In this document: positions 13,028-23,329 of the stretch, one piece after another
Position numbering within the stretch: position 1 is the stretch's first letter
How the letters are laid out: the number at the start of each line of letters is the position of its first letter
NCBI RefSeq assembly: GCF_000143415.4
Contig: NW_003314279.1
Coordinates: 1,478,457-1,542,456, forward strand
From: Selaginella moellendorffii
Lineage: Eukaryota; Plantae; Lycopodiophyta
Direction: 5' to 3'
Length of the DNA: 64,000 bases
Program-made: the position numbers and the translations under genes
Notes under the pieces: generated by a model
Told to the model about the DNA's origin: nothing
What the model saw: only the letters and a program-made list of their open reading frames with translations
Databases searched by the model: none

Positions 13028-13846
13028 TTACGTACAGATCGTCTTGGCTGTGTTGCCGGCATCAGTTCTACCAGAGTCGGGCATCTTCCTCTTCTTCCCT
13101 CCACATACACAGCCAGCGTTTTCGAAAATTTGGAGCTGGATAGGCGAGAAAAAAAGGAGTTAGATTCATGGAATGCAAAGTCACAAACCTGTAGCATGAA
13201 GTTGTCATTCGGAGAGACTTGGGGGCTACATTCCCGGAGAGATGCTAATGCCTCTGCCATAATAAAAGAGAAAACATAATAAATAGATATCTCTGGTCAC
13301 AAGCATACCATCTCGTAGCAAATTCTCCTTTTGCATCAAGTATGCTGTGATCACCGCTGCACTGCAATGAAAAAACACTATAAGCATCAAGAGCACAAGA
13401 AAAAGAGAACAGAGTTTGGATCCAAACCTCCGAGAGATTCCAGCGCCACAATGCACCAGGACGATCCCATCCTCCCTCCCCTTCTCAACAAAATCCAGGC
13501 ACTCTCCCAAGCAAGCGAGCAAGTCCTCCTCCATAGTGTCCTCCAAAAGAAAAACCTTTCTCACTGGCTTTGCCACCGCCGCGTCCTTGCATTTCGCCAG
13601 GAGCTCCCGAGCGACGTTCCGGAAGGCCTCGTCGTCGGGCTTGGGCTTGGAGGAATCGAGAAGTGCCTGCTGGAGCTTGCTCAACTTCGGATGATTGCGA
13701 TTTCTCCGTCTCTCCTTCTTGAGAAGGCGAATGTCGCGCACCTTTTCGAGCGACAAGATGTGCGTCACCCCGCGCTTCTCTCCACACAAGAACATCTCCG
13801 CGTCCTCGGCGCTGCCGATGTAGAGGCCATCGCGCACCTTCTTCAT
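13028..13846 (-). CDS. Dual-specificity phosphatase, DSP12/YVH1-like, apparently lacking the C-terminal Zn-binding domain
   Basis: MKKVRDGLYIGS, LEDTMEEDLL, catalytic VLVHCGAGISR|SAAVITAYLM, EALASLRE and VSPNDNFMLQ|LQIFE. The 3' end is uncertain (possible extra exon below about 12990). Confidence 0.85.
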
Positions 13847-13972
13847 TCACCCTAGAAATCAAATAAGGAGGGTTCTTATATGAAAAGGGGGGAGAAGCTA
13901 GTGGCCGTCCGATCTTTAAACCCCCACGAACAAAATCCTCGAGCCCTAACCCTAGCCCTAGCAGCGGCCGCC

Positions 13973-14818
13973 ATGGTAGCCTACTCGAGGGAGCCGGAGA
14001 ATGCAGTGAAGGGTGAGTGAAATTCGCAAGCGCTCTCGTTGACCTCAGCTTGGATTGATCGCAGCTTGCAAGGCGAGAGGCTCCGATCTCCGGGTCCACT
14101 TCAAGGTGTGTGTGATTGATTGATCGATCCTTGTGTTCTTGGGCTGAAAGATCTGGGCTTTCTTCGTGTCGCAGAACACCCGCGAGACCGCGCAGGCCAT
14201 CAAGAAGCTCGAGCTCAGCAAGGCCAAGCGCTATCTGGAGGATGTGATCGCCCACAAGCAGGCGATTCCATTCCGGCGCTTCTGCGGAGGAGTGGGGCGC
14301 ACTGCCCAGGCGAAATCCCGTCACTCCAATGGCCAGGGGCGCTGGCCAGTGAAGTCCGCGCGATTCCTCCTGGCGCTGCTAAAGAATGCTGAGAGCAACG
14401 CTGAGGTAAAAATCCCATCTTTCTTCAGTGAATCAAGGTGATTCTTTCAGGTGAAAGGCTTGGACGCGGATACCCTGTATGTCTCGCACATCCAAGTCAA
14501 CCAGGCACAGAAGCAGCGCCGGAGGACTTACCGAGCTCATGGCCGGATCAATCGTAAGTGGTGAATTCTATTCCTCTTTGGCTTAGAGGCTTACATCGTT
14601 TTGTGCTTGGCAGCTTACATGTCCTCTCCTTGCCACATCGAAGTGATCCTCTCAGAGCACATCGCTCCAGTCAAGGTGACACTACTCGAAACCTCTCGAG
14701 CTTTTCTTCGTAGCGTTCTAACTTTTGGTGTGTGGAACCATGGCAGGCTGAGCCGGAAGCCAAGCCCAGGAAGCCAAAGAAAGGCCCGGCTCGTTTGAGG
14801 AGCGGCCCATCGACGTAA
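13973..14818 (+). CDS. RPL17: 60S ribosomal protein L17 (uL22)
   Basis: [13 protein letters not shown]|[14 protein letters not shown]|[10 protein letters not shown]...GVGRTAQAK...GRWPVKSA...NAESNAE|VKGLD...[12 protein letters not shown]|YMSSPCHIE; stop TAA at 14816-14818. Confidence 0.97.
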
Positions 14819-14863
14819 AAGTCTTGTTTTTGTAGACCCGATATTTCCCGGATCTTGATTCAA

Positions 14864-16693
14864 TCAACTTGGAAGTAAAGTTTTCGTATCGCTCATCCTC
14901 GGATATCGTTGAGACTTGGTGAAGGATCCATCGGTGTAGAGGCTGGAGAGCAGCACGTAGGCCTGGGTCGCGCCATCGCCGCAGCTCAGGAGCTTCCTGG
15001 CAGCGCTCTCGCCATGGCGAAGGCTCTCGTGTCCCCGACTAGCGCCTAGCAGCGACGTCCACTCCAAGATATCTGGAACAAAAGGCATGCTCGCGATGAG
15101 ATCTCTGGCTTGATCCAGGTACCCGGCTCGTCCCAGGAGATCCACCATGCAGCAGTAGTGCTGCTTGCCTGGTTGGAGCCCGTGATCCAAGCCCATGGAC
15201 ACGAAATGCGATCGCCCATCGTAGAGCTTCCCCTTTCTGCTACAAGCGACGAGGATCGAGAGGTAGCACGTCTCGTCGGGCGATTCCAGCGCGCCCATCT
15301 CGTAGAACACGGCGCACGCCTCGGCGAAGTGCTCGCCGCCCTGGGCCGAATAGGCCCCCAGCATCGCGCTCCAGGAGATGATCCCGCGCTCCGGCATCGT
15401 AGCAAAGAGCAGCGCCGCGCGGTCCAGGCGCCCGCTCTGGGCAAATGCGGTGATCATCGCGTTTCTTGTCACGGTGTCGCGCTCCGGCATGCAGTGGAAG
15501 GTTTCCTCCGCGCAGTCGATTCGCCGGCACTGTGCATATGCGACTAGCATCGTGCTCCATGACACAACATCGCGCTGTGGCATAGAATCGAAGATGTTCT
15601 GGCTAAGCTCCAGATGGCCGTTCTGGGCATATGCTGCAAGCATGGCATTCCAGGTCACTAGATTTTGCTGGGGCATTTTTTCGAATGCGATCTTGGCCTG
15701 CTCTACATGCCCGGCATGGGAGTACGCAGTGAGCATTGCCGTGGAGGAGACGAGATCTATCAGCGGCATTCTCGAGAAGGTACGCTTCGCCTCCTCCAGA
15801 TCCCCAGTCTGGGCATATCCCGAAAGGATGCAGTTAAACGACACGAGATCGCGCTGCGGCATCGCGTTGAAGATCTGCCTCGATTCTGCAATGCGCCCGC
15901 GCTGAGCGTAGGCGGCCAGCATCGCAGTAAATGCAACGAGGTTTCGCTCCGGCATCTGATCGAACAAGCTCCTGGCCTGCTCGAGCTCGCCTTGGCGGGC
16001 GAGTCCTGCCAGCATCGCCGTGAAAGACACCACATTCCTCTCGGGCATTTCGGAGAAGACTCTCTTCGCTTCCTCCAGCCGGCCTGCTTGGGCATTTGCG
16101 GAGAGGATCGCAGTCCAAGACACAAGATTTCTCTCTGGCATGCGATCGAAGAAAGATTTGGCTTGCTCGAATTTTCCCTGCTGGGCGAATCCAGCGACCA
16201 TGGCCGTCCAGGACACGACATGGCGCTGCGGTACTTGCTCAAACAATCTCTCAGCCTTATGCAGATGCCCACTTTGGGCATATGCTGCAAGCATAGCATT
16301 CCACGAAACCATGCTCCGTTCGGGCATCCCTTCGAAGATCTCCTCGGCTCTCTCAAGGCTCTTGCTTTGCGTGTAGGCACTGAGCATTGCATTCCAAGCA
16401 ACGAGATTGTGCGCGGGCATGCAATCGAAGAGCGACCTCACTTGCTCCTGGCTCCTGTTGTGGGCATAGGCTTGCATCATGAGAACCCACGAGAAGAGAT
16501 CTCTGGAGGAGCCCAGTGCGTCGAAGACATCGCGCGCGCGGTTGGAGCTGCCGCAATTGCCATACATCTCGATCAGCTTGTTGTGGACGAAGGCATCGTC
16601 CGGAGCGATGGTGGGCTGCAGCTGGGAGTGGATTCGCTCCGCCATAGCCAGCGTCTTGCACGAGTAGATGAGCTCGAGGCATTGCTTGCTCAT
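14864..16693 (-). CDS. PLS-class PPR protein, mostly 31-aa short repeats plus E domain, no DYW
   Basis: Intronless 609-aa ORF; tandem MPERNLVSWTAML..YAQ.G repeats; HYCCMVDLLGRAG, WTSLLGA and YVLLSSLY. Confidence 0.95.
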   Translation of the reverse strand: MSKQCLELIYSCKTLAMAERIHSQLQPTIAPDDAFVHNKLIEMYGNCGSSNRARDVFDALGSSRDLFSWVLMMQAYAHNRSQEQVRSLFDCMPAHNLVAWNAMLSAYTQSKSLERAEEIFEGMPERSMVSWNAMLAAYAQSGHLHKAERLFEQVPQRHVVSWTAMVAGFAQQGKFEQAKSFFDRMPERNLVSWTAILSANAQAGRLEEAKRVFSEMPERNVVSFTAMLAGLARQGELEQARSLFDQMPERNLVAFTAMLAAYAQRGRIAESRQIFNAMPQRDLVSFNCILSGYAQTGDLEEAKRTFSRMPLIDLVSSTAMLTAYSHAGHVEQAKIAFEKMPQQNLVTWNAMLAAYAQNGHLELSQNIFDSMPQRDVVSWSTMLVAYAQCRRIDCAEETFHCMPERDTVTRNAMITAFAQSGRLDRAALLFATMPERGIISWSAMLGAYSAQGGEHFAEACAVFYEMGALESPDETCYLSILVACSRKGKLYDGRSHFVSMGLDHGLQPGKQHYCCMVDLLGRAGYLDQARDLIASMPFVPDILEWTSLLGASRGHESLRHGESAARKLLSCGDGATQAYVLLSSLYTDGSFTKSQRYPRMSDTKTLLPS

Positions 16694-16763
16694 TAGATCG
16701 ATCGCTGGGCATTATGGGCGCTCTCTTCCAAAGCAATGCTAGATATGAAGCTCTCGTTTGGGA

Positions 16764-18107
16764 ATGGAGCGCGAGGCACTGGCACGGATCATACGCTCTT
16801 GTGGCGAATCCAGGAATTTGATCCAGGGGAGGCTGGTTCACGCGCGCATTCTCGAGCAGCAGCTCCTGGATCGCTACCTCGAGAATCTGCTCGTCCAGAT
16901 GTATGGGAAGTGTGGCAGCCTGGGTGATGCGCGGGCGGTGTTCGAGCAAATCCACGCTCCAAATGCGTTCTCGTGGAGCATCATCATGACTGCGTACGCG
17001 CAGAGTGGCGATGTTGGGCAGGCGAAGGAGATCTTCGACCGGATGCCCGATCGCGGCGTTGTTGCCTGGACTTCGCTACTATCAGCAAATGCCCGTAATG
17101 GGCATATGGAAGAAGTTAAAGCTATCTTCGCGAGAATGCCAGAGCACAGCTTAGTCGCATGGAATGGAATGATCGCAGCGTTTGGACAGAATATCCAACT
17201 TGGAAGAGCGAAAGAATGTTTTGATCGGATGCCTGGAAGGAACGCCTCGTCCTGGAACGCAATCGTCTCGGTATTTGCCCTTCACGGGCAAATCTCCATA
17301 GCGCAGCAAGCCTTCGAGCGGATGCCGGAGAGGAACTCCATGGCCTGGAACCCGATCATCCACGCGCTAAATCTACAGGGCGATGTTTTTACCGCAAGGA
17401 TGGTCTTCGAGAGCCTCCCGGAGTGCTGCAAAGTCTCCTCCTCGACGATGATCTCGGGCTATGCGCAGGCCGGGCATCTCGACCAGGCCAAAGCTCTCTT
17501 TGACTCTTTGCCACACCCGGACGAGTACGCTTGCTCCTCGATGCTCCAGGCCTTCGCCAAGGCCGGGGACGTCCTCGGCGCCAGGGAGACCTTCGACAAG
17601 ATGCCAGAGCGCTGCCGCGACACTCCCTCCTGGAACGCGATGCTGGGGGCGTATGCGCAAAACGGGCTTGGCGAGCGGGCGCTGGAGCTCTTCGCAGCAA
17701 TGATCCACGACGGGATCGCTCCCAACGAGATGACCTTCTCGACAGTGCTGCATTCTTGCAGCCATCTCGGAAGGTGGCGAGAGGCGATTGCATACTTCCG
17801 CTCGCTGAGCGAAGATCACGGACTGGTGCCCGATGTGGAGCTCTACTCGAGCATGATTGACGTCCTGGGCCGGAACGGGAGGATTTGCGAGGCCGAGGAG
17901 CTTCTGGCGAGCATGCCCTTTGCTCCAAACCAGGCCGCCTTTGCGTCGCTGCTCGCGGCTTGCCGGCTCTACCAGGACTCGGGGCGGGGATCGCTCGTCG
18001 CGGGGAAGTTTGCTCGCCACCTTTGCGAGCAGCCGGCAGTGGAATCCATCGCCGCGGAGCCGTACGTCCAGCTTGCCAACATTTACAGGGGCATGAACGC
18101 TCCCTGA
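16764..18107 (+). CDS. PLS-class PPR protein with E domain, no DYW
   Basis: Intronless; NLLVQMYGKCGSL, short PPR repeats, YSSMIDVLGRNG and YVQLANIY; first ATG at 16764. Confidence 0.93.
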   Translation: MEREALARIIRSCGESRNLIQGRLVHARILEQQLLDRYLENLLVQMYGKCGSLGDARAVFEQIHAPNAFSWSIIMTAYAQSGDVGQAKEIFDRMPDRGVVAWTSLLSANARNGHMEEVKAIFARMPEHSLVAWNGMIAAFGQNIQLGRAKECFDRMPGRNASSWNAIVSVFALHGQISIAQQAFERMPERNSMAWNPIIHALNLQGDVFTARMVFESLPECCKVSSSTMISGYAQAGHLDQAKALFDSLPHPDEYACSSMLQAFAKAGDVLGARETFDKMPERCRDTPSWNAMLGAYAQNGLGERALELFAAMIHDGIAPNEMTFSTVLHSCSHLGRWREAIAYFRSLSEDHGLVPDVELYSSMIDVLGRNGRICEAEELLASMPFAPNQAAFASLLAACRLYQDSGRGSLVAGKFARHLCEQPAVESIAAEPYVQLANIYRGMNAP

Positions 18108-18530
18108 TCATTCACTGTTCTTGGAGGATCAGCGCATGAGCTTCGTATGCATTGCTTGCAAACTTGCCAAAAGTGGTGCGTGCGTTTGCTCCACTCCGCC
18201 GTGATCATTTGACAGTGCGGGCGATCGACCGAACCTCTCCAGAGGGATCCGACCACGCATTGCTTGCAAACTTATCAAGATACGAAGGGGGATCTTTAAA
18301 TTATCTCTGTCTCGCCGCAAGGATGCACTCCTGACAAAAAGGCGCCTCCCGGTGTCAAACTTGGAGCGCAATCCACCCACAAAAGGAAAAGCGCCATGGA
18401 TTCACCATCTGGATCCGATTCGATGCGCGCCAGGACGAAATCGGAGAGTCAATCAAGTGAAGCGTACAAGAGAAATGCGCTTTTAAAACTTATTCTTGGC
18501 TTGGGAGAATTGGAGCAAAGTCGCAACTGT

Positions 18531-18563
<33 letters not shown>
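18531..18563. repeat. (GA)n microsatellite upstream of the bHLH gene
   Basis: Directly visible, with one interruption. Confidence 0.9.
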
Positions 18564-18564
<1 letters not shown>

Positions 18565-19122
18565 AAATTAAGGGTTTGGCAGACCAGCCAACCAACGCAA
18601 ATCAGATCAGAGAAACCAACTTTGAGAATTTGGCTCACGTCTGGCCTGCCAATCAACAGGATACTTCGTGGGCTCAAATAAATCCCGAGGAGTAGAAAAA
18701 AACGACACAAGTAAGAAAAAAAAAGGAAGAAAAATTTGGCAGTGGAAACAATCATAGTCAGTGGGATTTGGGATCACAAAGCATTTGCTCATAGAGAAGT
18801 TAAAAATAAAAAAATAAAAAAATCCCACATTTTGATCATCTAAAACATGCGCTAAGAAAAAAAAGCTCTCTAGCTCTATGCGCTATAGCTCAGTCGTTAG
18901 ACGGCTCCTCTCCTAGAGTGGAAAGCAAGCTATACAATCTAGAAGAGGGAAGCGTTGCCTTTTTTGCCAAGCTCCTACTGCTGGTCGTTGTCCTGGGAAG
19001 AGAATCTTGATCTTCCGTCCGGCTGGAGAAATCAGCTGGGAAAGTTGTGGTCGCGGTCCCGTTGGAAAGTCTGGAACTTCGACTGCTTTTGCGCTCGACT
19101 TCTAGCTTTGCTCCAGAAAGCC

Positions 19123-19778
19123 ATGACGGATTTGCTGAGCTTGTGCAAGAGCTCCGCCCAGGCCGACAATGCCAAGGCCCTGGCTGCTTCCAAAAGCCAC
19201 AGCGAAGCTGAGAGGCGGCGGCGGGAGCGGATCAACAAGCACCTGTCCACCTTGCGAACGCTGCTCCCCAACACCGCCAAGGTAGAGTGAAGCTCTGCTC
19301 GCTCGCGTCTTTCTTCTTTGATTGCCTGTCCTGTGATTGAGTCGTCGCCGTCGTGCCAAACTCTTCCCAGACTGACAAGGCGTCCCTGCTGGCGGAAGTG
19401 ATCGAGCGCATCAAGGAGCTCAAGCAGCAGGTCGCGGAGATTTCCCAGTTTGGCCCCGTTCCCAGCGACGCCGACGAGCTCGACGTTGACGTGATGGAAT
19501 CGCCGGTAGACGAGGGTGGGAAGGTGTTGATCAAGGCCAGCATTTGTTGCGCCGATCGGCCCAGCCTGCTCACGGACCTCGTCCGGACGCTCAAGAGCTT
19601 GCACCTACGGACTGTCAAGGCGGAGATGGCCACCATGGAAGGCCGGACCAAGAACGTCTTTGTCATGACCATCAAGGACGATGCCGAGCTGCTGGAGCCA
19701 ACCTTGGCCTGCGTCGAGGAGGCGCTTAAGTCGGTCATGGAAGAGCCATCCTCGAAAGAGAACCAGGATGATGCTTGA
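19123..19778 (+). CDS. bHLH subfamily Vb transcription factor (TMO5/bHLH30-32-like) with ACT-like domain
   Basis: KALAASKSHSEAERRRRERINKHLSTLRTLLPNTAK|TDKASLLAEVI and IKASICCADRPSLL...LRTVKAEMATMEGR; one intron. Confidence 0.92.
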
Positions 19779-19993
19779 AAAAAGGAACTCTTTTCTTTTC
19801 TTTGATCTAAGAGCTTTTCGCAGCACCTGCAACAAAGGAAGCGTAAGTCAATCGTCTGTAAACAGAAAAAAACCAAGGAACCTTTTAACCATTGTGGGAG
19901 CAGGTGGTACTACGGAAAATGAAAGAATCTGTTAGAAATCTTTGATTTTCAATGAAATTAGATGTGCTCTTTCAATGAATAAATTAGAGCCTA

Positions 19994-21647
19994 TCACGTA
20001 TAATCTCGTTGGAGACAAAGAGCGAGGCGCGGTCTGTATCTCGCAATTCTTTGTTTGATCTCTTCTCTCGATCTGTCATATACGAGGCAGACGTCGTTAA
20101 AACACATACAGCCAAGCGCTAGCCTACCTCTTCCTCACGTTCTTAAAATGAGAAATGTGTTGTTCCAGCAATTCACCTGTTGAAACTTTTTCTACGGGAA
20201 AGTCTGACTTCATCTGGAAAAGAAAAACACAATGAGAAATATTGTCAACACTAGCCGCTCAGGATCACTCACCACTTCGTCAGGAACATCTCCGTCCTCT
20301 TCCGACGGTTCTACCCTCTCAACCTCGGCAGCAGACAGCGGTCTAGGCAGCGGTACCACGCAATCCCAGCACCCCATCTGTGGCACAAGTCCTTATTAAG
20401 ATTTCACATCGCTGTTCCATTCACATACCTGATCTTTTCTAGGAACATCGTTCCTTACCCATCGACGACAAAGAGAATACAGAGACGACTTATCGGCCTC
20501 GGACACAAGTCTAACCTGAACATATGAATGTCATGTGAAAGCCAGCAATGAACAGAGCTTACCTTTCTATCATTTATGATCACGGAAAGGGCATCCGGAC
20601 GGTCCCTGCAAGCAAACACCGGTAAGTAAGAAAATCTCGAGGAGAACACGACCAGACACACCTGCCATGGGACTCGCCAGGAGTCATAGAGCTTGAGCCA
20701 CCACCCTGCCGAAAAAGAAAATTTCAAGCTTAGAGGAAACAAAGTATCCAAAGACAAACCTGTCCAGTCGGCGGAAGCCAAGATGGAGATTTCCCAAGAA
20801 CGGAACCATTGCTCGCCCCGCCAACTCTAAAGTGATGAACTCCTTGCAACTTGTGAGGCTGTGGACTCGCGGAAGCGGACATAACACCCCCGGCCGCCTG
20901 TCCAGCGTTGACGTACCGAGGCGAGGAAACCGGGTGTGGAATTCTCTGGACCTGTGTGCCCTGCTGGGACTTGGACGCTGCCCCTACCGGTTGAGGAGGC
21001 CTGGGAGTAGTAGCACCACCTGGTTGCATAGCTGGCATGGGAAGGATTGGATGAGGCTGGCGTAGATGGTGCGAGCCACTGGCGGCGGCGGCGGCGGCCA
21101 TTTGAGCCTGCGAGAAGAAAGCCGTGGCATACGGTCTCTGCTGCTGGAACTTCTGGAGATGGAGGAACTGACCAGGAGCGGCGGCGGCGCCAGAAGCTTG
21201 AGCTGTGGTTGGCGGCGCCGTGGTCATATGCCGGACCACCACCGCCGCCCCTTTGGCCGCCCTCCCCTGCGAAGAAGAGGGTGGCGCGTGTGGATATGGC
21301 GCCTGTTGATTCGGCACGCACACTATCCGCTGCTGCTGTGGTATGTGAGGCTGCCTTTGCTGTGCTACCGGAAGAACCAGAGGCGGCGGCGCCGCCATCG
21401 TCGATGCCGCTGGAACCGGCACAGCCGCGGCCTGGGAGCTGGAATTCGTGGCCTCCCCGCCACCGCCATTAGAGTTGGGGGCGATCTCGGCGGCTGCCGG
21501 CGCGTTGCTCTCCGAGGATGACAAAACCCTAGCCATGGCTGCGGGAGGCGCGCAATCCGGATCGGCTGTGACGCAGCTACTACTGATGCTTGCGCTACTG
21601 GTCGTGCTACCGCTTACCACCGCGACCGCTCCTCCGCTGCTCTCCAT
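19994..21647 (-). CDS. LIN37: LIN37 homolog (DREAM/MuvB subunit) with long Pro/Gln/Ala-rich N-terminus
   Basis: Spliced C-terminal exons read VIINDRK|VRL...SLYSLCRRWVRND, PLPRPL and ELLEQHISHFKNVRKR|SREEIKQRIARYRPRLAL, the plant LIN37 pattern. Confidence 0.85.
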
Positions 21648-21700
21648 CCCACAGCATCCCTTAAAACCCTAGTACCGCCTAGTAACTTAGGGCTCTCACT

Positions 21701-21807
21701 TTCAAATTTTCAAAGTGGGAGATGCCCGCGTTAATACGTGGCGCGCATCCGACGGCCGAGACCCGCCAGCGATCTAACGGCTGGGATTTGAAATAATTCC
21801 CGCGAAA
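21701..21807 (-). promoter_or_regulatory. Cell-cycle element cluster (CHR x3, MSA, E2F) upstream of LIN37
   Basis: TTCAAA at 21701 and 21709, TCTAACGGCT at 21773-21782, TTTGAA at 21787-21792 and TTCCCGCGAAA at 21797-21807. Confidence 0.6.
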
Positions 21808-21832
21808 AATTTATATGTACAAGTCTAGATCT

Positions 21833-23251
21833 TTACAATGGTCGGAGCTTCTCTCTCTCCGCGCTTAGGATGTTTTGGAGCTTGATTTGCTGCGCCAGCC
21901 GCGATGCCTCGTCCTTGGTGTAGAAATACTTGGCGAGCTCGTCGTCAGAGATGGGCTGATCGTCGCCGCCTGGAGCAAGATCGGCGATGAGCGACTCGTA
22001 GTATCCCTGCTCGATCTGATCCCGAGTTACTCCACGCAGGAGAAGGCTCTCGATCGTCATGTCCTCGCAATCCAGTCCGCCCTCCGGTCGATCTTTATCC
22101 ACAGGCATTCCTCTGGCCAGGGATCGCTTCGCGCTGGCAATGCGTTGAGTAGCAAGCTCCGCCTTGACGACCCTCGCACACCGCGAGCTCCTGCTCGCGA
22201 TGAAAGACACGGGGAGAACCGGGCTCTCCTCTGGCAAATGCCTCAGCTTCTTGTTCTTCGAGTGGCTTTGATCCTCATCTTGTACCCGATCGATGGCACT
22301 GGAGTCCTCTCGCCTCCTCGTCTTACCCAGCTTGAGGCTCGTCTCCAAGTAGCGCAGCATGAAGCACAAGTGGCACGATATGTTCTTGGTGGTCACGACC
22401 GTCTTGCACCACGGGAACGTCTTCATGGTGCTGACGAGCGCCTCCTGGATCTCGCGGAAGCGCTTCATGGACGTAGCCACCGGCGAGTGCAGCTCGCTCG
22501 AGACCTCCTCCAGGCCAATCTCGATCCTGTTCGCGTCCGCCACGATAACCAGCGCGGCCGCGGCAGCGGGGAGCGCGTGACGCCCGGTGCTCACGAACCA
22601 AGTCGCCATCCACTCGAGAAGAACCCGGCACTGCCCGATGATCTTCCTCGCGGCATCCCTGCTTAGCTTCGAGAATCCAGCGTGCGTGAGAACCAGGCGC
22701 TCGAGGAAGACGATGGGATCCTCCTGCGGCAGCGCCATGGCAAACTCCCTGACAAGCTTGCCAAGAACTCGCCCGAGCTCGCGAACGCCACAGTCGCTCG
22801 CGTAGGCCACCTCCACCAGCGTCAGTGGAAGCCTGTGATTCCTCACCACCACATAGGCGCAAGCGCCCACTAGAGCATCGAACCATCTCCCAGACCCCCA
22901 GTCTCCATTCGTCGCGCGATCCACCATAGCCTCCACCTCGTCGGCGTCGTTGGGCTGGAGCCTCAGCGCCGCCGCCACGTCCCGGATCCGCCGCAGCGCA
23001 TCCTGCTTCTTCTTCGCGAAATACTGATCACTGCCACCGTTGCGATAGAGGAATCGCTTGCCGGGGAGAGCTCCGATCCCTTCGCCGGCTACGAGAGTTC
23101 CCCCGCGCTCACCGACGAGCCCTACCTGGTGATCGGAGCCCAGGGCGTCGTCGTCCACGACCACGCCGCATTCGCAGCAGCAAAAGAGGCCGGAGAGCGG
23201 ATCGGTCGTGACGGTGCCGGCGCGCCCACAGGCGCTACAATCCTCCGCCAT
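21833..23251 (-). CDS. PTF2: Plant TFIIB-related protein PTF2 (BRF2-like), intronless
   Basis: Zn ribbon CSAC...CCECG; GDWGSGRWFDALVGACAY, WFVSTGR, FPWCK.V.TKN and DCEDMTIESLLLRGVTRDQIEQGYY. Confidence 0.85.
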   Translation of the reverse strand: MAEDCSACGRAGTVTTDPLSGLFCCCECGVVVDDDALGSDHQVGLVGERGGTLVAGEGIGALPGKRFLYRNGGSDQYFAKKKQDALRRIRDVAAALRLQPNDADEVEAMVDRATNGDWGSGRWFDALVGACAYVVVRNHRLPLTLVEVAYASDCGVRELGRVLGKLVREFAMALPQEDPIVFLERLVLTHAGFSKLSRDAARKIIGQCRVLLEWMATWFVSTGRHALPAAAAALVIVADANRIEIGLEEVSSELHSPVATSMKRFREIQEALVSTMKTFPWCKTVVTTKNISCHLCFMLRYLETSLKLGKTRRREDSSAIDRVQDEDQSHSKNKKLRHLPEESPVLPVSFIASRSSRCARVVKAELATQRIASAKRSLARGMPVDKDRPEGGLDCEDMTIESLLLRGVTRDQIEQGYYESLIADLAPGGDDQPISDDELAKYFYTKDEASRLAQQIKLQNILSAEREKLRPL

Positions 23252-23329
23252 GGCCCAAGAACCCTAGAACACCACGCTAGAACCCTAAAAACAGCATGGA
23301 TGATCCGCCAAAAATCTGTTAGGATTCGT

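Noticed and set aside
15046-18139. Long antisense and alternative-frame ORFs over the PPR genes (also over 21875-26551)
   Set aside because: Shadow ORFs expected from GC-rich codon usage; no motifs.
19334-19360. TGATTGAGTCG resembling the 5' end of miR171
   Set aside because: Only a partial match inside the bHLH intron, with no hairpin.
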